A DNA stretch of 64,000 nucleotides from Candidatus Parcubacteria bacterium (GCA_041168925.1 JBEEJY010000010.1:12430-76429), one strand, 5' to 3'; shown: positions 16,930-26,729, numbered from the stretch's first letter. Translations and numbers: made by a program. The notes: generated from the sequence alone by a model not told the origin.

Positions 16930-18072
16930 TCAGACGGGTTCGTGCCCGATCGCGATATCGAGCAAGACTTGCGCCAGCTTTCGCGCGGCTTCCGGCCGCG
17001 CGAAAGCGCGAGCGGCCTCGGCCATCGATGCGCGCATCGTCTGATCGCTCATGAGGCGGGTCACCTCGGCGACGAGCAGGTGCGGCGTCAGGTTGTGCTG
17101 TTCGATGACTATCGCCCCTCCCGCGCGCGCATAGGAAAATGCGTTCTCCGTTTGATCATGCGAGACGTCTTCCGGAATCGGAACGAGGATCGCCGGTATG
17201 CCCCAGCTCGCAATCTCGAAAATGGTACCCGATCCCGCCCGCGCGATAATGAGATCCGTGATCCCCGCGGCCATGCGAAGCGCGAGCGTGTTCAAAAGAC
17301 CGAATATCTTGTAACGAAGCGCGAAACGGGAATCCTTGAGGATCACGCCCGAGAGCCTGCCCACCTCTTCGACGTTGGCATTCCCCGCTTGATGGACGAC
17401 GTTGTATTCCTGCAAGAGCGACGGGAGAGCGTCCAGTACAACTTCATTGATGGCGCGCGCGCCTTGGGAGCCGCCCATGATAAAGATCGTCGGAACCCCG
17501 GTATCTAGTTTGAGGAATTCATGGCCGCCCTCGGGGCTTCTCGTTACGATCTCTTTACGAATCGGATGGCCGATACTCGCTATTTTGCCCCGCACTTTCT
17601 CGGGGAATTTCTTGGCGGCGTCGGCATGCGCCAACCCGATCCATACGGAGAATTTCGACGACCAGAGGGAGACCCTACCGGGCGTCGCGTCGGCATCGTA
17701 GATCACCACCGGGATTTTTAGGATGCGCGCCGCCGATAGAGTCGGAAACGCCGCATAGCCTCCAGTTGAAAAGATGACGTCGGGATACAGTCGAAAAAGA
17801 AGAAAAATTGAGCGAATGATGCCCGCGACGCTTAAGAATAGCGTCACCACGTTCAACAAACTCGGGTAGCGACGCAATTTTCCGGCGGGAGAACTGACAT
17901 ACTGGATGTCATGCTCAAGCAGCGCCTCGGCGTCGAAAGCCGGCGGACCGACGTAAAGCAGCTCTGGCTCGATAAGCGTCCGCTCTTTGCAAATATCCTC
18001 GATCGCTTCCGCGACCGCGATCAGCGGGTAAAAATGTCCCCCGGTACCGCCTCCAACAAGCACAATGCGCAT
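16930..18072 (-). CDS. murG: UDP-N-acetylglucosamine--N-acetylmuramyl-(pentapeptide) pyrophosphoryl-undecaprenol N-acetylglucosamine transferase
   Basis: MRIVLVGGGTGGHFYP N-terminus and GT-B fold (GGSQGA) are typical MurG. Confidence 0.9.
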   Translation of the reverse strand: MRIVLVGGGTGGHFYPLIAVAEAIEDICKERTLIEPELLYVGPPAFDAEALLEHDIQYVSSPAGKLRRYPSLLNVVTLFLSVAGIIRSIFLLFRLYPDVIFSTGGYAAFPTLSAARILKIPVVIYDADATPGRVSLWSSKFSVWIGLAHADAAKKFPEKVRGKIASIGHPIRKEIVTRSPEGGHEFLKLDTGVPTIFIMGGSQGARAINEVVLDALPSLLQEYNVVHQAGNANVEEVGRLSGVILKDSRFALRYKIFGLLNTLALRMAAGITDLIIARAGSGTIFEIASWGIPAILVPIPEDVSHDQTENAFSYARAGGAIVIEQHNLTPHLLVAEVTRLMSDQTMRASMAEAARAFARPEAARKLAQVLLDIAIGHEPV

Positions 18073-18358
18073 GGTAGCGCTCATTTTATCACGCTACAGG
18101 GAGCGCGTGGAATCTCTATACGCATGTCCGTCATTTCTTTTGCTTCTCGCAGAAGATCAACGAAGCATCGATAATCCTCGTCTACGATCGAAGATCGTGA
18201 ACCTGCCAACGGCACGATTGAGGACGTGGTACACATGACCGCCAACATCAACACGAGCGACACGAACCATGCAAATACTATACCACGCGGTCGATCAATT
18301 AATTGTGCCCGTCCCCGTTACTCGTTACTTTGTCCCCGTTACTTTACAATAGAGCATT

Positions 18359-20017
18359 ATGGCGCACTGGCGCATCACAGCGGTTGTCATCCTCTCTTTC
18401 CTCGCAAGCGCCATTTTTGCTTTTGCCTCCGCTCCCGCCGCTCCGCCGCTGCCGCTCACCGCGACATGCAACGCCGCCGGCACGCAGGCGACGCTCAATT
18501 GGACACCGGTTGCGGGTGCCGATCATTACTGGCTGCGGGTCAATGACTATCTCACTCCTGATTGCTCGTCGCCGACCGTGACGGGCCCCAACGGCTACTG
18601 CACGAGCGGAGTCGATTACGTCAACGATGTCGCCCAGCCCGGCGTGACGGTGAACGTGCCGACCGATCGCAATCTCGTCTGGTGGGTGCACTCGGTTTCG
18701 AGTACAGGTGAATACAGCGAGCAGACGACGTTTGATTTTACATGCTATCCGCCGCAACCTGCTGCGCCTCCCGCCCTATCGATCAGCGCCTCACCTGCTA
18801 CGATCGGGGCGGGACAGTCCTCGACAATCTCGTGGAGCGCGAGCAACTATTACAGCTGTACCATCGGCGTCTTTCCGGCGCCGAATTACACGATCTTCAA
18901 TTATTCGCCACCGTGGAGCGGCAGCAATACCACGGGTCCGCTCTCAACGAATAAGACATACACTCTGTCGTGTTTGGACACCAACAACCAATACAGCTAT
19001 TCGTCCTCGACCGTCGTCACCGTTATTCCCGCTCCGACATGCGCGGTGACAATCAGCCCCACATCGTATAATGCCCCCGCTTCCGCGACTCTCTCGTGGT
19101 CTTCATCAAACGCAGCAAGCTTCTACATCAACTCCGTAGGATACGTCGGCGCCTCCGGTTCGACGACGGTCTCACCCTCGGCTTCCACCGACTACAGCGG
19201 CACGGTGACAGGTCCCGGCGGTTCCGCGACGTGCCCCGCGACACTCACTGTCCATCCCTCCTGCACCTTCAATGGTCAAACCGTCACGCACGGATCATCC
19301 GTTACCGCATACCAAGCCGCGACTGTCCCGTACGGCTCCTCCTGTGCCTCGCAAGTTCGCACCTGCACCGAAGGAACACTCTCAGAGTCGTATCAGTATC
19401 CCTCCTGCGCTGTCAGCCCTCCTGCAAATTGCACGCTCGACGGCGCGACCGTTCTCCACGGCCAATCCCGAACGTTCTATTCAAAACAAACCGCGCCCGT
19501 GGGCCAGCTTTGCTCGGCACTGGGCCAGTCACGCACCTGTACCGACGGATCGCTCTCCGGCTCTCCCTCATACCAGTACGCGTCCTGCTCCTGCACGCCC
19601 TCCGCCGCCTACTCCTGCTCCGCCAGCAACATTATACAAACGAGCACGGACGCTTCCTGCACCGTCACCGCGAACCCGAGTTATGCGACCTGCGTCTCGC
19701 CTCAGTTTTGCTCACCAGGTTCATCGGCGTGCCTCGACGCGGCGATCACAGTCTCGCAGCATCTTGCCGTCCGTCCACAATTAGTACAACAGGGGTCCAG
19801 CGCCAAAGTCTATTGGCAGGTTTCGAACGCATCCCACTGCTCGGTCACCGGCTCAAACGGCGATGCATGGAATTTTGCCGCGTCAGGTGAGGCAGGTGTA
19901 GCAACAAGTCCGATCAATCAGCAGACGACGTATACGCTCGCGTGCACTGCCTTTAACGGCTCGCACATCAACGAATCTCAAGTCGTCAATGTCGTGCCCG
20001 CGTTTCAGGAAATCTGA
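18359..20017 (+). CDS. secreted S/T/C-rich modular surface protein (FN3-like N-domain, repeated S.S.SWS.SN and C...G.TV.HG.S.T.Y...C repeats)
   Basis: Signal peptide. Internal repeats SCTFNGQTVTHGSS...RTCTEGTLS / NCTLDGATVLHGQS...RTCTDGSLS and 3x TISWSASN-type repeats. Encoded on the opposite strand inside the otherwise conserved ftsW-murG interval. Confidence 0.55.
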   Translation: MAHWRITAVVILSFLASAIFAFASAPAAPPLPLTATCNAAGTQATLNWTPVAGADHYWLRVNDYLTPDCSSPTVTGPNGYCTSGVDYVNDVAQPGVTVNVPTDRNLVWWVHSVSSTGEYSEQTTFDFTCYPPQPAAPPALSISASPATIGAGQSSTISWSASNYYSCTIGVFPAPNYTIFNYSPPWSGSNTTGPLSTNKTYTLSCLDTNNQYSYSSSTVVTVIPAPTCAVTISPTSYNAPASATLSWSSSNAASFYINSVGYVGASGSTTVSPSASTDYSGTVTGPGGSATCPATLTVHPSCTFNGQTVTHGSSVTAYQAATVPYGSSCASQVRTCTEGTLSESYQYPSCAVSPPANCTLDGATVLHGQSRTFYSKQTAPVGQLCSALGQSRTCTDGSLSGSPSYQYASCSCTPSAAYSCSASNIIQTSTDASCTVTANPSYATCVSPQFCSPGSSACLDAAITVSQHLAVRPQLVQQGSSAKVYWQVSNASHCSVTGSNGDAWNFAASGEAGVATSPINQQTTYTLACTAFNGSHINESQVVNVVPAFQEI

Positions 20018-20104
20018 TCGCAAAATAGTAGACGTTGCCGTACTAACACACTTCGAGGTGAAGCACGATGTTCAATCACCGGCGCGAGCAATTACCCAAG
20101 GGGG

Positions 20105-20152
20105 TAATGGCGGGGTAATGAGGACAGGCACCATTTCAGGACTTCGGCCATC
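20105..20152 (+). repeat. about 48-bp direct repeat, copy A, flanking the PIN toxin/antitoxin cassette
   Basis: gggtaatgaggacaggcaccatttcaggacttcggccatcctggattc is about 85% identical to copy B at 20868..20915. Confidence 0.6.
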
Positions 20153-20200
20153 CTGGATTCCCGAGCGCCGACTCAAGTTCATGCCGCTTCACCATTCTTT

Positions 20201-20647
20201 CTATAGATCCATTTCGGCAAGCCGAATCAAATCTCCCGGCTTTACGATTTTGAGACCTTTTTGATTTGCTATCCGTATGATCTTCTCGCTGAAAAATTCA
20301 TTATCGAGCGTGAGTAAATATTCGGCATTCCGCAGTGCCGACGCAAGGATCGGCGCGTCCTTTTTTGAGATATGTCGAAACAGTTTCGCAACGTCTCGCT
20401 TCGAGGGATTAGGCAATACTCGAATACCCGCAAATCCAATGAGGAGAAATAGAGTAGCAGAGAGGTGCGCGAACCGCTGTAATTTGCCGTCCAACACATC
20501 TCTTACTTCTTCGAGTACGTATTCGTTGATGAGGAGGACAAAACCTGAGTGTTTTTCCCGCAGCGCGTATGCGCTCCCGCCATCGGCGGAAAGCAACGCC
20601 GCAATAAGTACACTTGAGTCGACGAAGACACGAGGCCTATTTTCCAT
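20201..20647 (-). CDS. vapC: PIN-domain toxin (VapC-like)
   Basis: VFVDSSVLIAAL start and conserved acidic residues of the PIN fold. Start overlaps the end of a small upstream ORF (antitoxin-like). Confidence 0.8.
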   Translation of the reverse strand: MENRPRVFVDSSVLIAALLSADGGSAYALREKHSGFVLLINEYVLEEVRDVLDGKLQRFAHLSATLFLLIGFAGIRVLPNPSKRDVAKLFRHISKKDAPILASALRNAEYLLTLDNEFFSEKIIRIANQKGLKIVKPGDLIRLAEMDL

Positions 20648-20813
20648 AGCGCGACTTGAATGTCTTCGCGCGCGCCCTTTTCATCGCCGGTCGGATTATT
20701 TTCCAGTTTCGTTCGTCAATCGAAAAATCAGGCCGCTTGATGACCGACCGTTTAAGCAGTTTGATTTCCGCCTCGATTTTGCCGATGCGTTCCTGCACAT
20801 TCGCTTTGTTCAT
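20637..20813 (-). CDS. putative antitoxin (58 aa), not in the supplied ORF track
   Basis: ATG at about 20813 (revcomp of catatacggc): MNKANVQERIGKIEAEIKLLKRSVIKRPDFSIDERNWKIIRPAMKRARAKTFKSRYGK. Its stop overlaps the vapC start by about 11 nt, the classic antitoxin-toxin arrangement. Confidence 0.45.
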   Translation of the reverse strand: MNKANVQERIGKIEAEIKLLKRSVIKRPDFSIDERNWKIIRPAMKRARAKTFKSRYGK

Positions 20814-20867
20814 ATACGGCAGTATAGCAACATCCTCGATGAAAACAATATGGCCCGGGAGAAAAAT

Positions 20868-20915
20868 AGGGTAACGGAGACAGGCACCATTTCAGGGCTT
20901 CGATCGTCCCGGATT
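20868..20915 (+). repeat. about 48-bp direct repeat, copy B, flanking the PIN toxin/antitoxin cassette
   Basis: gggtaacggagacaggcaccatttcagggcttcgatcgtcccggattc. See copy A. Confidence 0.6.
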
Positions 20916-20978
20916 CAGCAACCCGAAAGTTTCTTTAACTCGAAGTATTGTATCGCGTTGGCGAGGGTTATCAGCGCG

Positions 20979-22076
20979 TTATCTATGTCGGCTGCGCGAT
21001 ACATTAAGAAGGATGCCGGCGCTTGCGAGCGAGACGAGCATCGCCGAGCCGCCTTGGGATACGAAAGTCAGCGGAATACCCGTGAGAGGTGCCAAACCGA
21101 GCATGGAGGAGATGTTGATGAATGCCTCCGAGACAAGGTAGGTCGAGATGCCGACCGCAAGGAGGCCTCCGAACGCATCGTGTGTCCGCGCCGCGACGAC
21201 GAAGCCCCGAAGCGCGAGGAAGAGAAAGAGCCCGACGATCCCGACCGAACCGACGAAACCGAGCTCCTCGGATGCGACCGCGAAAATCGAATCTCCCATC
21301 GGCTCCGGCAGATAGGTGAATTTTTGCACGCTCTGTCCGAATCCCCTTCCGGTAAGGCCGCCGGAGCCGATCGCGATGAGCGATTGACGTATCTGATAGC
21401 CTTCCGCCAGCCGTCCTTCCGACGGATAGAAAAAAGTCATGACTCGATCTCGCACGTACGGTCGCTCGAAGGCGAGCGCGCCGAGCGCAAGCAAGGCGAT
21501 TATGATGATGAGCGCGATGTCGCGCCAGCGCGCGCCGGCCGAGAAAAAGATCGCTGCGATACTCGCGCATATGACGCCGAGCGTCCCCATGTCTGGTTGC
21601 AGCAAAAGGATGAGTCCCGGCAGTAAGAGGAGCGCAAGAAAACCGCAAGCACCCCAAAGGATGCTCGCCGCGCGCTCGCGTATCGTCGCGAAATAGGCGG
21701 CAGCCATGATGATAGTCGCGAGTTTGAGCAGCTCCGATGGTTGAAAAGACATGCCGGCGAGGATGAGCCAGCGCCTTCCGCCGCCGTGCGAGGCGCCGAG
21801 ATGCGGTATAAAAACTGCCGCAGTCGCAAGGAGGGCAAGCCCGAAAAAGTACGGCGCTATCGGCCGCCACCGGCGGTAGTCGATAAGCGCGCCGCATACC
21901 AGCAAAAATGACCCCGCGCCGATGCCGAGAACGACGTGCCCGAACGCGACGGAAGCGATGCTTACTCCCCCTCGGGCGAGGATCCCGAACGCCGCGGAGG
22001 CGAAGATCAGCCCGCCGCCGATGACGAGGATCGCGATCAGGAGCACCAACGTCTTGTCCACTCCGGCGCGTCGCAT
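20979..22076 (-). CDS. ftsW: cell division/peptidoglycan glycosyltransferase FtsW (SEDS family)
   Basis: 10-TM SEDS protein (ASEELGFVGS.. region), positioned between mraY and murG. Confidence 0.85.
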   Translation of the reverse strand: MRRAGVDKTLVLLIAILVIGGGLIFASAAFGILARGGVSIASVAFGHVVLGIGAGSFLLVCGALIDYRRWRPIAPYFFGLALLATAAVFIPHLGASHGGGRRWLILAGMSFQPSELLKLATIIMAAAYFATIRERAASILWGACGFLALLLLPGLILLLQPDMGTLGVICASIAAIFFSAGARWRDIALIIIIALLALGALAFERPYVRDRVMTFFYPSEGRLAEGYQIRQSLIAIGSGGLTGRGFGQSVQKFTYLPEPMGDSIFAVASEELGFVGSVGIVGLFLFLALRGFVVAARTHDAFGGLLAVGISTYLVSEAFINISSMLGLAPLTGIPLTFVSQGGSAMLVSLASAGILLNVSRSRHR

Positions 22077-22081
22077 GGATC

Positions 22082-23137
22082 TTACCTGGCAAGCGCGATT
22101 ATGACGCCGGCGAATGCGAGAACGATCGAAAGTACCCAGTAGCGCATCACGATTTTCGGGCCCGGCCAGCCGATCGCTTCAAAGTGGTGGTGGAGCGGCG
22201 CGATGCGCAAGAGTTTGCGTCCGAAGTATTTCTTCGAGAGCACCTGCGCGACGTCGGAGAGCACCGTGACGACGAGCAGCCCGCCGATGATCGGCAGCAC
22301 CGCAATGCCGACGCCGTCTCCCGGAGTATCTGTCAAAAACGCGACCGTCCCGATCGCGAGCGTAAGTCCCATCGTACCGGTATCGCTCATGTAGAAGCGC
22401 GCAGGCGGGATATTGAACCACAAAAATGCAAGCAATCCGCCGAGGACAGAAGCCGTGAAAGCGGCGAGGTCGATTTGCTGCTGGCTAAACGCGATGATGG
22501 TATACGAGGCGAAGATCGACGCAAAAACGCCCCCGGAAAGGCCGTCGATGCCGTCGATGACGCCGGAGGCGTAGAGCGAAAGCGAAACGAATATAAACAG
22601 AGGGATAATGAGCCATCCGATCTCGAGCGGAGCGCCGAATGGAATGCCGATTGACGTTACGTCGAGCTTTGCGAAGAACCACCAGCCGATGCAGGCCGAA
22701 AGCAGAACGACGATAAGAAGCCGCAGACGCAGACGAAGCCCTTTACCATCCGGCCGTATCACGAGGAGATCGTCCGCAAGCCCCACGAGAGCGCCGACGA
22801 GCAGCGTCGCGAGCGGAAGCCATGTCTGGCTTCGACTCAAGAAGTTTAGAGACGAGAGATAGGGCGATGGTATGAGCCCGAGCAGCGCGATACCGAAGAT
22901 CGTGAGCAATACGCTCGCCCAGACGACGATCCCTCCCATGCGCGGTGCCCTGACTTCGTTCTCGATGTGGAGCCGGTTGAACTCGCGCGCGATCGTGCCA
23001 TCGAGCGCCTCTTTGCCCGGCCGCTTTTTCCATGCTCTGTACGTATAGAGGTAATGCGCGACGATCGGCGTGATGCCGATTCCGATCGCGAATGAGAGCG
23101 CCGCCGGAATGAGGATCTTGACGATGGGAGAGATCAT
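22082..23137 (-). CDS. mraY: phospho-N-acetylmuramoyl-pentapeptide transferase
   Basis: MraY motifs (NLTDGLDGL-like GVIDGIDGLSGG, multiple TM helices). The gap to ftsW is 5 nt. Confidence 0.9.
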   Translation of the reverse strand: MISPIVKILIPAALSFAIGIGITPIVAHYLYTYRAWKKRPGKEALDGTIAREFNRLHIENEVRAPRMGGIVVWASVLLTIFGIALLGLIPSPYLSSLNFLSRSQTWLPLATLLVGALVGLADDLLVIRPDGKGLRLRLRLLIVVLLSACIGWWFFAKLDVTSIGIPFGAPLEIGWLIIPLFIFVSLSLYASGVIDGIDGLSGGVFASIFASYTIIAFSQQQIDLAAFTASVLGGLLAFLWFNIPPARFYMSDTGTMGLTLAIGTVAFLTDTPGDGVGIAVLPIIGGLLVVTVLSDVAQVLSKKYFGRKLLRIAPLHHHFEAIGWPGPKIVMRYWVLSIVLAFAGVIIALAR

Positions 23138-23143
23138 GCGGGT

Positions 23144-24067
23144 TTAGCGCTTCGCGATGCGGTCTTCAATCGCCGCGACGAGCCGCTTCATGTCTTCGAA
23201 CCGACCGTCGTCGGAGGAGTGCAGTATCACCGCGACGATCGGGTGCGCGGGCCCGATGTCGAACGCGACAGCCAAGTTGCCTCCGGCGAGATCGGTCGTC
23301 CCCGTTTTGCCCATCATGAGTCCGTGAATCTCTCCGAGCGCCTTATCGGTGTTCTTGGCCGTCGCCCGTTCGCCCTCTTCCGAGGTGAGCAGCATGCCGT
23401 TTTTCGTGGTGGCGACGAACAAATCCGGATGATTGAGCGCGGCATATGCGAAAATCTCAGCGGTTTCTCTCGCCGTACCGAATGCCCCCGCCTGCGTCGG
23501 AGAAATATCGAGACCGCTCACGTTGAGAAAGTATGTGCGCGTAAGGCCGAGCTCCCGTACCAGCGCATTCATCCGGTAGAGCGCGGCGCCGCCTGCCGGA
23601 GCGGCCGGATACCGCTTGCGGATCGCCTCGTCGGAAGCGGCGGCGATAAGCTCCGCCCCCTCGTTCGAAGAGTTCACGAGCATAAAATTCATGAGATCTC
23701 TCGAACGCCACGTCGATCCATCCGGGAATCGCTTCACTGCTCCGTCGGGAGTCGCGTGGGGAGGTATCGCGATGAGGGTGTCGGGCGCGAGAAAGTCCGA
23801 GACGGCGAGCGCGAGCACCACTTTGGCGAGCGACGCGAGCGGCAGTTGTGCTCCGGGATTTTTCGCGAAGAGCACCTCTCCCGTCGTCGTGTCGAAGGCA
23901 AAACCGCCCGTCGCCCCGATGTCGAGATCGATCGGCTGAGTCGCGATCGCCGCAGCGGCAGCCTGTCCGCCGGCGAGCGCTCTGCCGTTTTGCGTGAGGT
24001 AAGCGGTCGTCCCTATCGCGCTCGCGACAAACAGGAGCGCGAGCGAGGCAAGCCCAACCACGCGCAT
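23144..24067 (-). CDS. D-alanyl-D-alanine carboxypeptidase (serine-type, S11/PBP5-like)
   Basis: SxxK (ASLAKV), SxN (NSSNEG) and KTG (GKTGTT) active-site motifs. Start at MRVVGLASL (signal peptide) assumed. Confidence 0.8.
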   Translation of the reverse strand: MRVVGLASLALLFVASAIGTTAYLTQNGRALAGGQAAAAAIATQPIDLDIGATGGFAFDTTTGEVLFAKNPGAQLPLASLAKVVLALAVSDFLAPDTLIAIPPHATPDGAVKRFPDGSTWRSRDLMNFMLVNSSNEGAELIAAASDEAIRKRYPAAPAGGAALYRMNALVRELGLTRTYFLNVSGLDISPTQAGAFGTARETAEIFAYAALNHPDLFVATTKNGMLLTSEEGERATAKNTDKALGEIHGLMMGKTGTTDLAGGNLAVAFDIGPAHPIVAVILHSSDDGRFEDMKRLVAAIEDRIAKR

Positions 24068-24098
24068 GGCTGTCGGACTTGCGTTAACGCTTTGCGGG

Positions 24099-24662
24099 TC
24101 ACTCGGCATAGGACGATTCGGCGCCGGGCTTTTCATGAGCTTCGAAGGAGGCGAGTTCGGCGCGGATCGCGGCGTACTCCGGCAAGTCGGCCGCCTGACC
24201 AACGCCAAGGTGCGCGAGCAGCTCTACCGTCGGACGGTAGAGGTATTCGCGCCCGTCTTCCGGGTTTCCCGCGCGCTCGAGCAAGCCGCGCGCCATGAGG
24301 GTGCGGATCGTCGAACTCGTATTGACGCCCCGGATGTAGTCGATCTGAGAGCGGGTGGAGGGTCCGCGATAGAGCACGATAGAGATGACTTCAAGGCCCG
24401 CCTCGCCGATTTCCTGCCCCAACTCGTTTTCGCGAGCCCTCCGCACAGCTTGCGCGGCATCGGGCGCGATCGCGAGCGCCGCTGAAGTGTCGGTGAGGAT
24501 GAGCGCGAGCCCGCGCCCCGAAAGGCGCGAAGAAAGTTCGGTGAGCGCCGGTGCGAGCTCGCTTTCTTCAATGCCGAGTGCATGAGCGAGTTTCTTGCGG
24601 GAAAGCGGGCCTCCTTCGGAGAAAAGAAAAGCTTCCGCCTGTGATGAGAGATCGGTCATCAT
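24099..24662 (-). CDS. scpB: segregation and condensation protein B
   Basis: Tandem winged-helix ScpB pattern (EAFLFSEGGPLS..., SQIDYIRGVNTSSTIRTLMARGLLE). Confidence 0.85.
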   Translation of the reverse strand: MMTDLSSQAEAFLFSEGGPLSRKKLAHALGIEESELAPALTELSSRLSGRGLALILTDTSAALAIAPDAAQAVRRARENELGQEIGEAGLEVISIVLYRGPSTRSQIDYIRGVNTSSTIRTLMARGLLERAGNPEDGREYLYRPTVELLAHLGVGQAADLPEYAAIRAELASFEAHEKPGAESSYAE

Positions 24663-24667
24663 ATAAT

Positions 24668-25396
24668 TCAGACTCCGAATTTCGGAGCGCCGGCAACGCC
24701 CTCGGACTCGATCGTGATGTCTTCAAAAAGACGCTCCTGGGTGACGCTCGCGGATCCGGAGCGCACCAATTCGAGCATCGCGAGAAAATAGACGATGACG
24801 TCGTGCCTGTTTCTCGATTTCGTGAGCTCCGAAAATCGCGCGCGGAACGCTCCGACGAGGCGCTTTTTGAGCTGATCGATCACGTCCTCGAGCGCGAGTA
24901 CCGGGACGACGGCCGCCTGCGCGATCCTTTCGGGTTTCGGCAATATCTCGATGAGTTTTCGCGCGGCGCGCGCGATTTTCTCAATCGAGGCGTCCGCCGG
25001 GCTAAAGATCGTTTCTCCGGATGGAGCGCGCCGCGCGAAGGAAAGCGGGTGCGCACCCCACGAGCCGCGAAGCAGCTTCGCGCACCTGCGGATGAGACGC
25101 AGCCGCGCCAGACGTCGTTCAAGCTCCTCGACCGATTCACGCTCGTCGCTCGAGAGTTCGAGCGTCGGCAGGAGCGCTCGCGATTTGATGAGCAGCAGCG
25201 TGGAGGCGATAAGGACGAACTGCGCGGTTTCTCCGAGCGGGAGCCGCGCCAATTTTTCAATATACGCGAGATAAGAATCGGCGACCTCGGCAAGCGAAAT
25301 CTCCGAGATCGATAGCCGGCGCTCCTCGATGAGATCGAGGAGTTTCTCGAGAGGACCCTCGAAATGCCCGGTCGCGATCTGAAAGGAATTATTCAT
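24668..25396 (-). CDS. scpA: segregation and condensation protein A
   Basis: FEGPLEKLLDLIEERRLSISEISLAEVADSYLAY matches the ScpA/kleisin N-terminus; followed by scpB. Confidence 0.85.
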   Translation of the reverse strand: MNNSFQIATGHFEGPLEKLLDLIEERRLSISEISLAEVADSYLAYIEKLARLPLGETAQFVLIASTLLLIKSRALLPTLELSSDERESVEELERRLARLRLIRRCAKLLRGSWGAHPLSFARRAPSGETIFSPADASIEKIARAARKLIEILPKPERIAQAAVVPVLALEDVIDQLKKRLVGAFRARFSELTKSRNRHDVIVYFLAMLELVRSGSASVTQERLFEDITIESEGVAGAPKFGV

Positions 25397-26729
25397 GATC
25401 GGGTTCGACCGTTTCCGACAGGCGGCTGTCGATGCGAGTCATGTCGCGCGGGAAGGAAGTCGCCTCTTTCACGTTTTGAAACTCGAGCATGCGCGCCGTG
25501 AATCGCTCAAGCCCGGTCGAGCATCCGCCGTGCGGCGGCATACCGTATTTGAAAGCCTGGAGGTAGAACTGGAATTTTTTCGGATCGAGACCGCGCGATT
25601 CGATGCGTCTTACGAGCTCCGAGTGGTCGTGGATGCGCTGAGCGCCGCTGTTTATTTCGAGTCCTTTGAAGAGAAGATCGAATCCGCGGGAATAGGGAGC
25701 TTCGGCGGGATCCTCGTACGTATAGAAGGCTCGTTTCGATGTCGGAAAGCGGGTGATGAACACGAAGTCCGATCCCCTTTCTCTCTTCGACCATTCGCAA
25801 ATTCCCCGCTCGTCTTCTGGCTCCATATCAAGTGCTTCTTCTTTGCCAAGAATCTCCCGCGCTTCTTTTAGCGTGAGAATTGGGAACGACCCATCTGGTA
25901 TAACTGCTGCATCGACTCCAAATCGCGCAAATATATCCCGATGCTTTTCTTTTACTTCTTGTACGACATCACGAATTGCACGCTCGAGGATTGCCATCGG
26001 CTCGCGCTCGCTCTCGATGAAGCCCATCTCGAAATCTATGCACGTCGCCTCGGACAGGTGGCGCGTCGTCGCGCTCTTTTCCGCGCGAAAGATCTTCGCG
26101 ACGGTAAACGCCCTCTCGAACGGGCCCACCATGATCTGCTTGTAAAACTGCGGGCTCGTGGCGAGAAAAGCGGTCGCGTCGTTGAAATATTCCACTTTGA
26201 ATGCCGCCGCACCTCCTTCCGCGTCGCCGCCCACGAGTGCGGGAGCGACGAATTCGGTGAATCGTTGCTCCTTCAATGAACGACGATAGGCGTCGAGTAT
26301 CGAAGATTGAAGCGTAAAAATGTCTCGAGCCCGCTGACCTCGTAGCGTAAGCGGCAGATTGTCGAGATGCGTCTCGAGGTTGAGATCGGCCGTCAGCTCG
26401 AAGGGAAGCGTCTCGGCGGCGCTCAAAATGCGCATAGCATCAACTTTCAATTCGATGTCGCCATTCTGTTTCCCCTCCTGTATATTCTTCTGCGGGCGCT
26501 TGTTCACCGTACCCTCGACGACAACCGCCGATTCGACGGTCGTTTCCTTCGCGACAGCCATTGCGCCGCTCGTCGGCAATACGACGCCCTGCACTATTCC
26601 GGAGACATCGCGGAAATCGAAGAAGACCATTTTGCCCTGGTCGCGGCGTACGGTCACCCACGCATTGATGGTCGCACTCTTCCCTACGTGTTCTTTGAGG
26701 TCTCCGATGAATGTTCGCTCCATATTCAT
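25389..26729 (-). CDS. class IIb aminoacyl-tRNA synthetase, AsnRS/AspRS type (446 aa; asnS or archaeal-type aspS not distinguishable by eye)
   Basis: N-terminal OB-fold anticodon-binding domain, motif 2 FRAEKSATTRHLSE, and motif 3 GGCSTGLERFT. Confidence 0.85.
   Translation of the reverse strand: MNMERTFIGDLKEHVGKSATINAWVTVRRDQGKMVFFDFRDVSGIVQGVVLPTSGAMAVAKETTVESAVVVEGTVNKRPQKNIQEGKQNGDIELKVDAMRILSAAETLPFELTADLNLETHLDNLPLTLRGQRARDIFTLQSSILDAYRRSLKEQRFTEFVAPALVGGDAEGGAAAFKVEYFNDATAFLATSPQFYKQIMVGPFERAFTVAKIFRAEKSATTRHLSEATCIDFEMGFIESEREPMAILERAIRDVVQEVKEKHRDIFARFGVDAAVIPDGSFPILTLKEAREILGKEEALDMEPEDERGICEWSKRERGSDFVFITRFPTSKRAFYTYEDPAEAPYSRGFDLLFKGLEINSGAQRIHDHSELVRRIESRGLDPKKFQFYLQAFKYGMPPHGGCSTGLERFTARMLEFQNVKEATSFPRDMTRIDSRLSETVEPDHE

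Noticed and set aside
20097-20180. tRNA-like or attC-like reading of the 48-bp repeat (gggtaatggcggggtaatgag...ggattc)
   Set aside because: No cloverleaf and no conserved T-arm (GGTTCGAATCC). The internal hairpin is not conserved between the two copies. Treated simply as a direct repeat.
20277-21626. 449-aa plus-strand ORF spanning the PIN cassette and ftsW antisense
   Set aside because: It overlaps the vapC toxin gene and ftsW on the opposite strand and translates the direct repeat. Low-complexity R/E-rich sequence with no domain.
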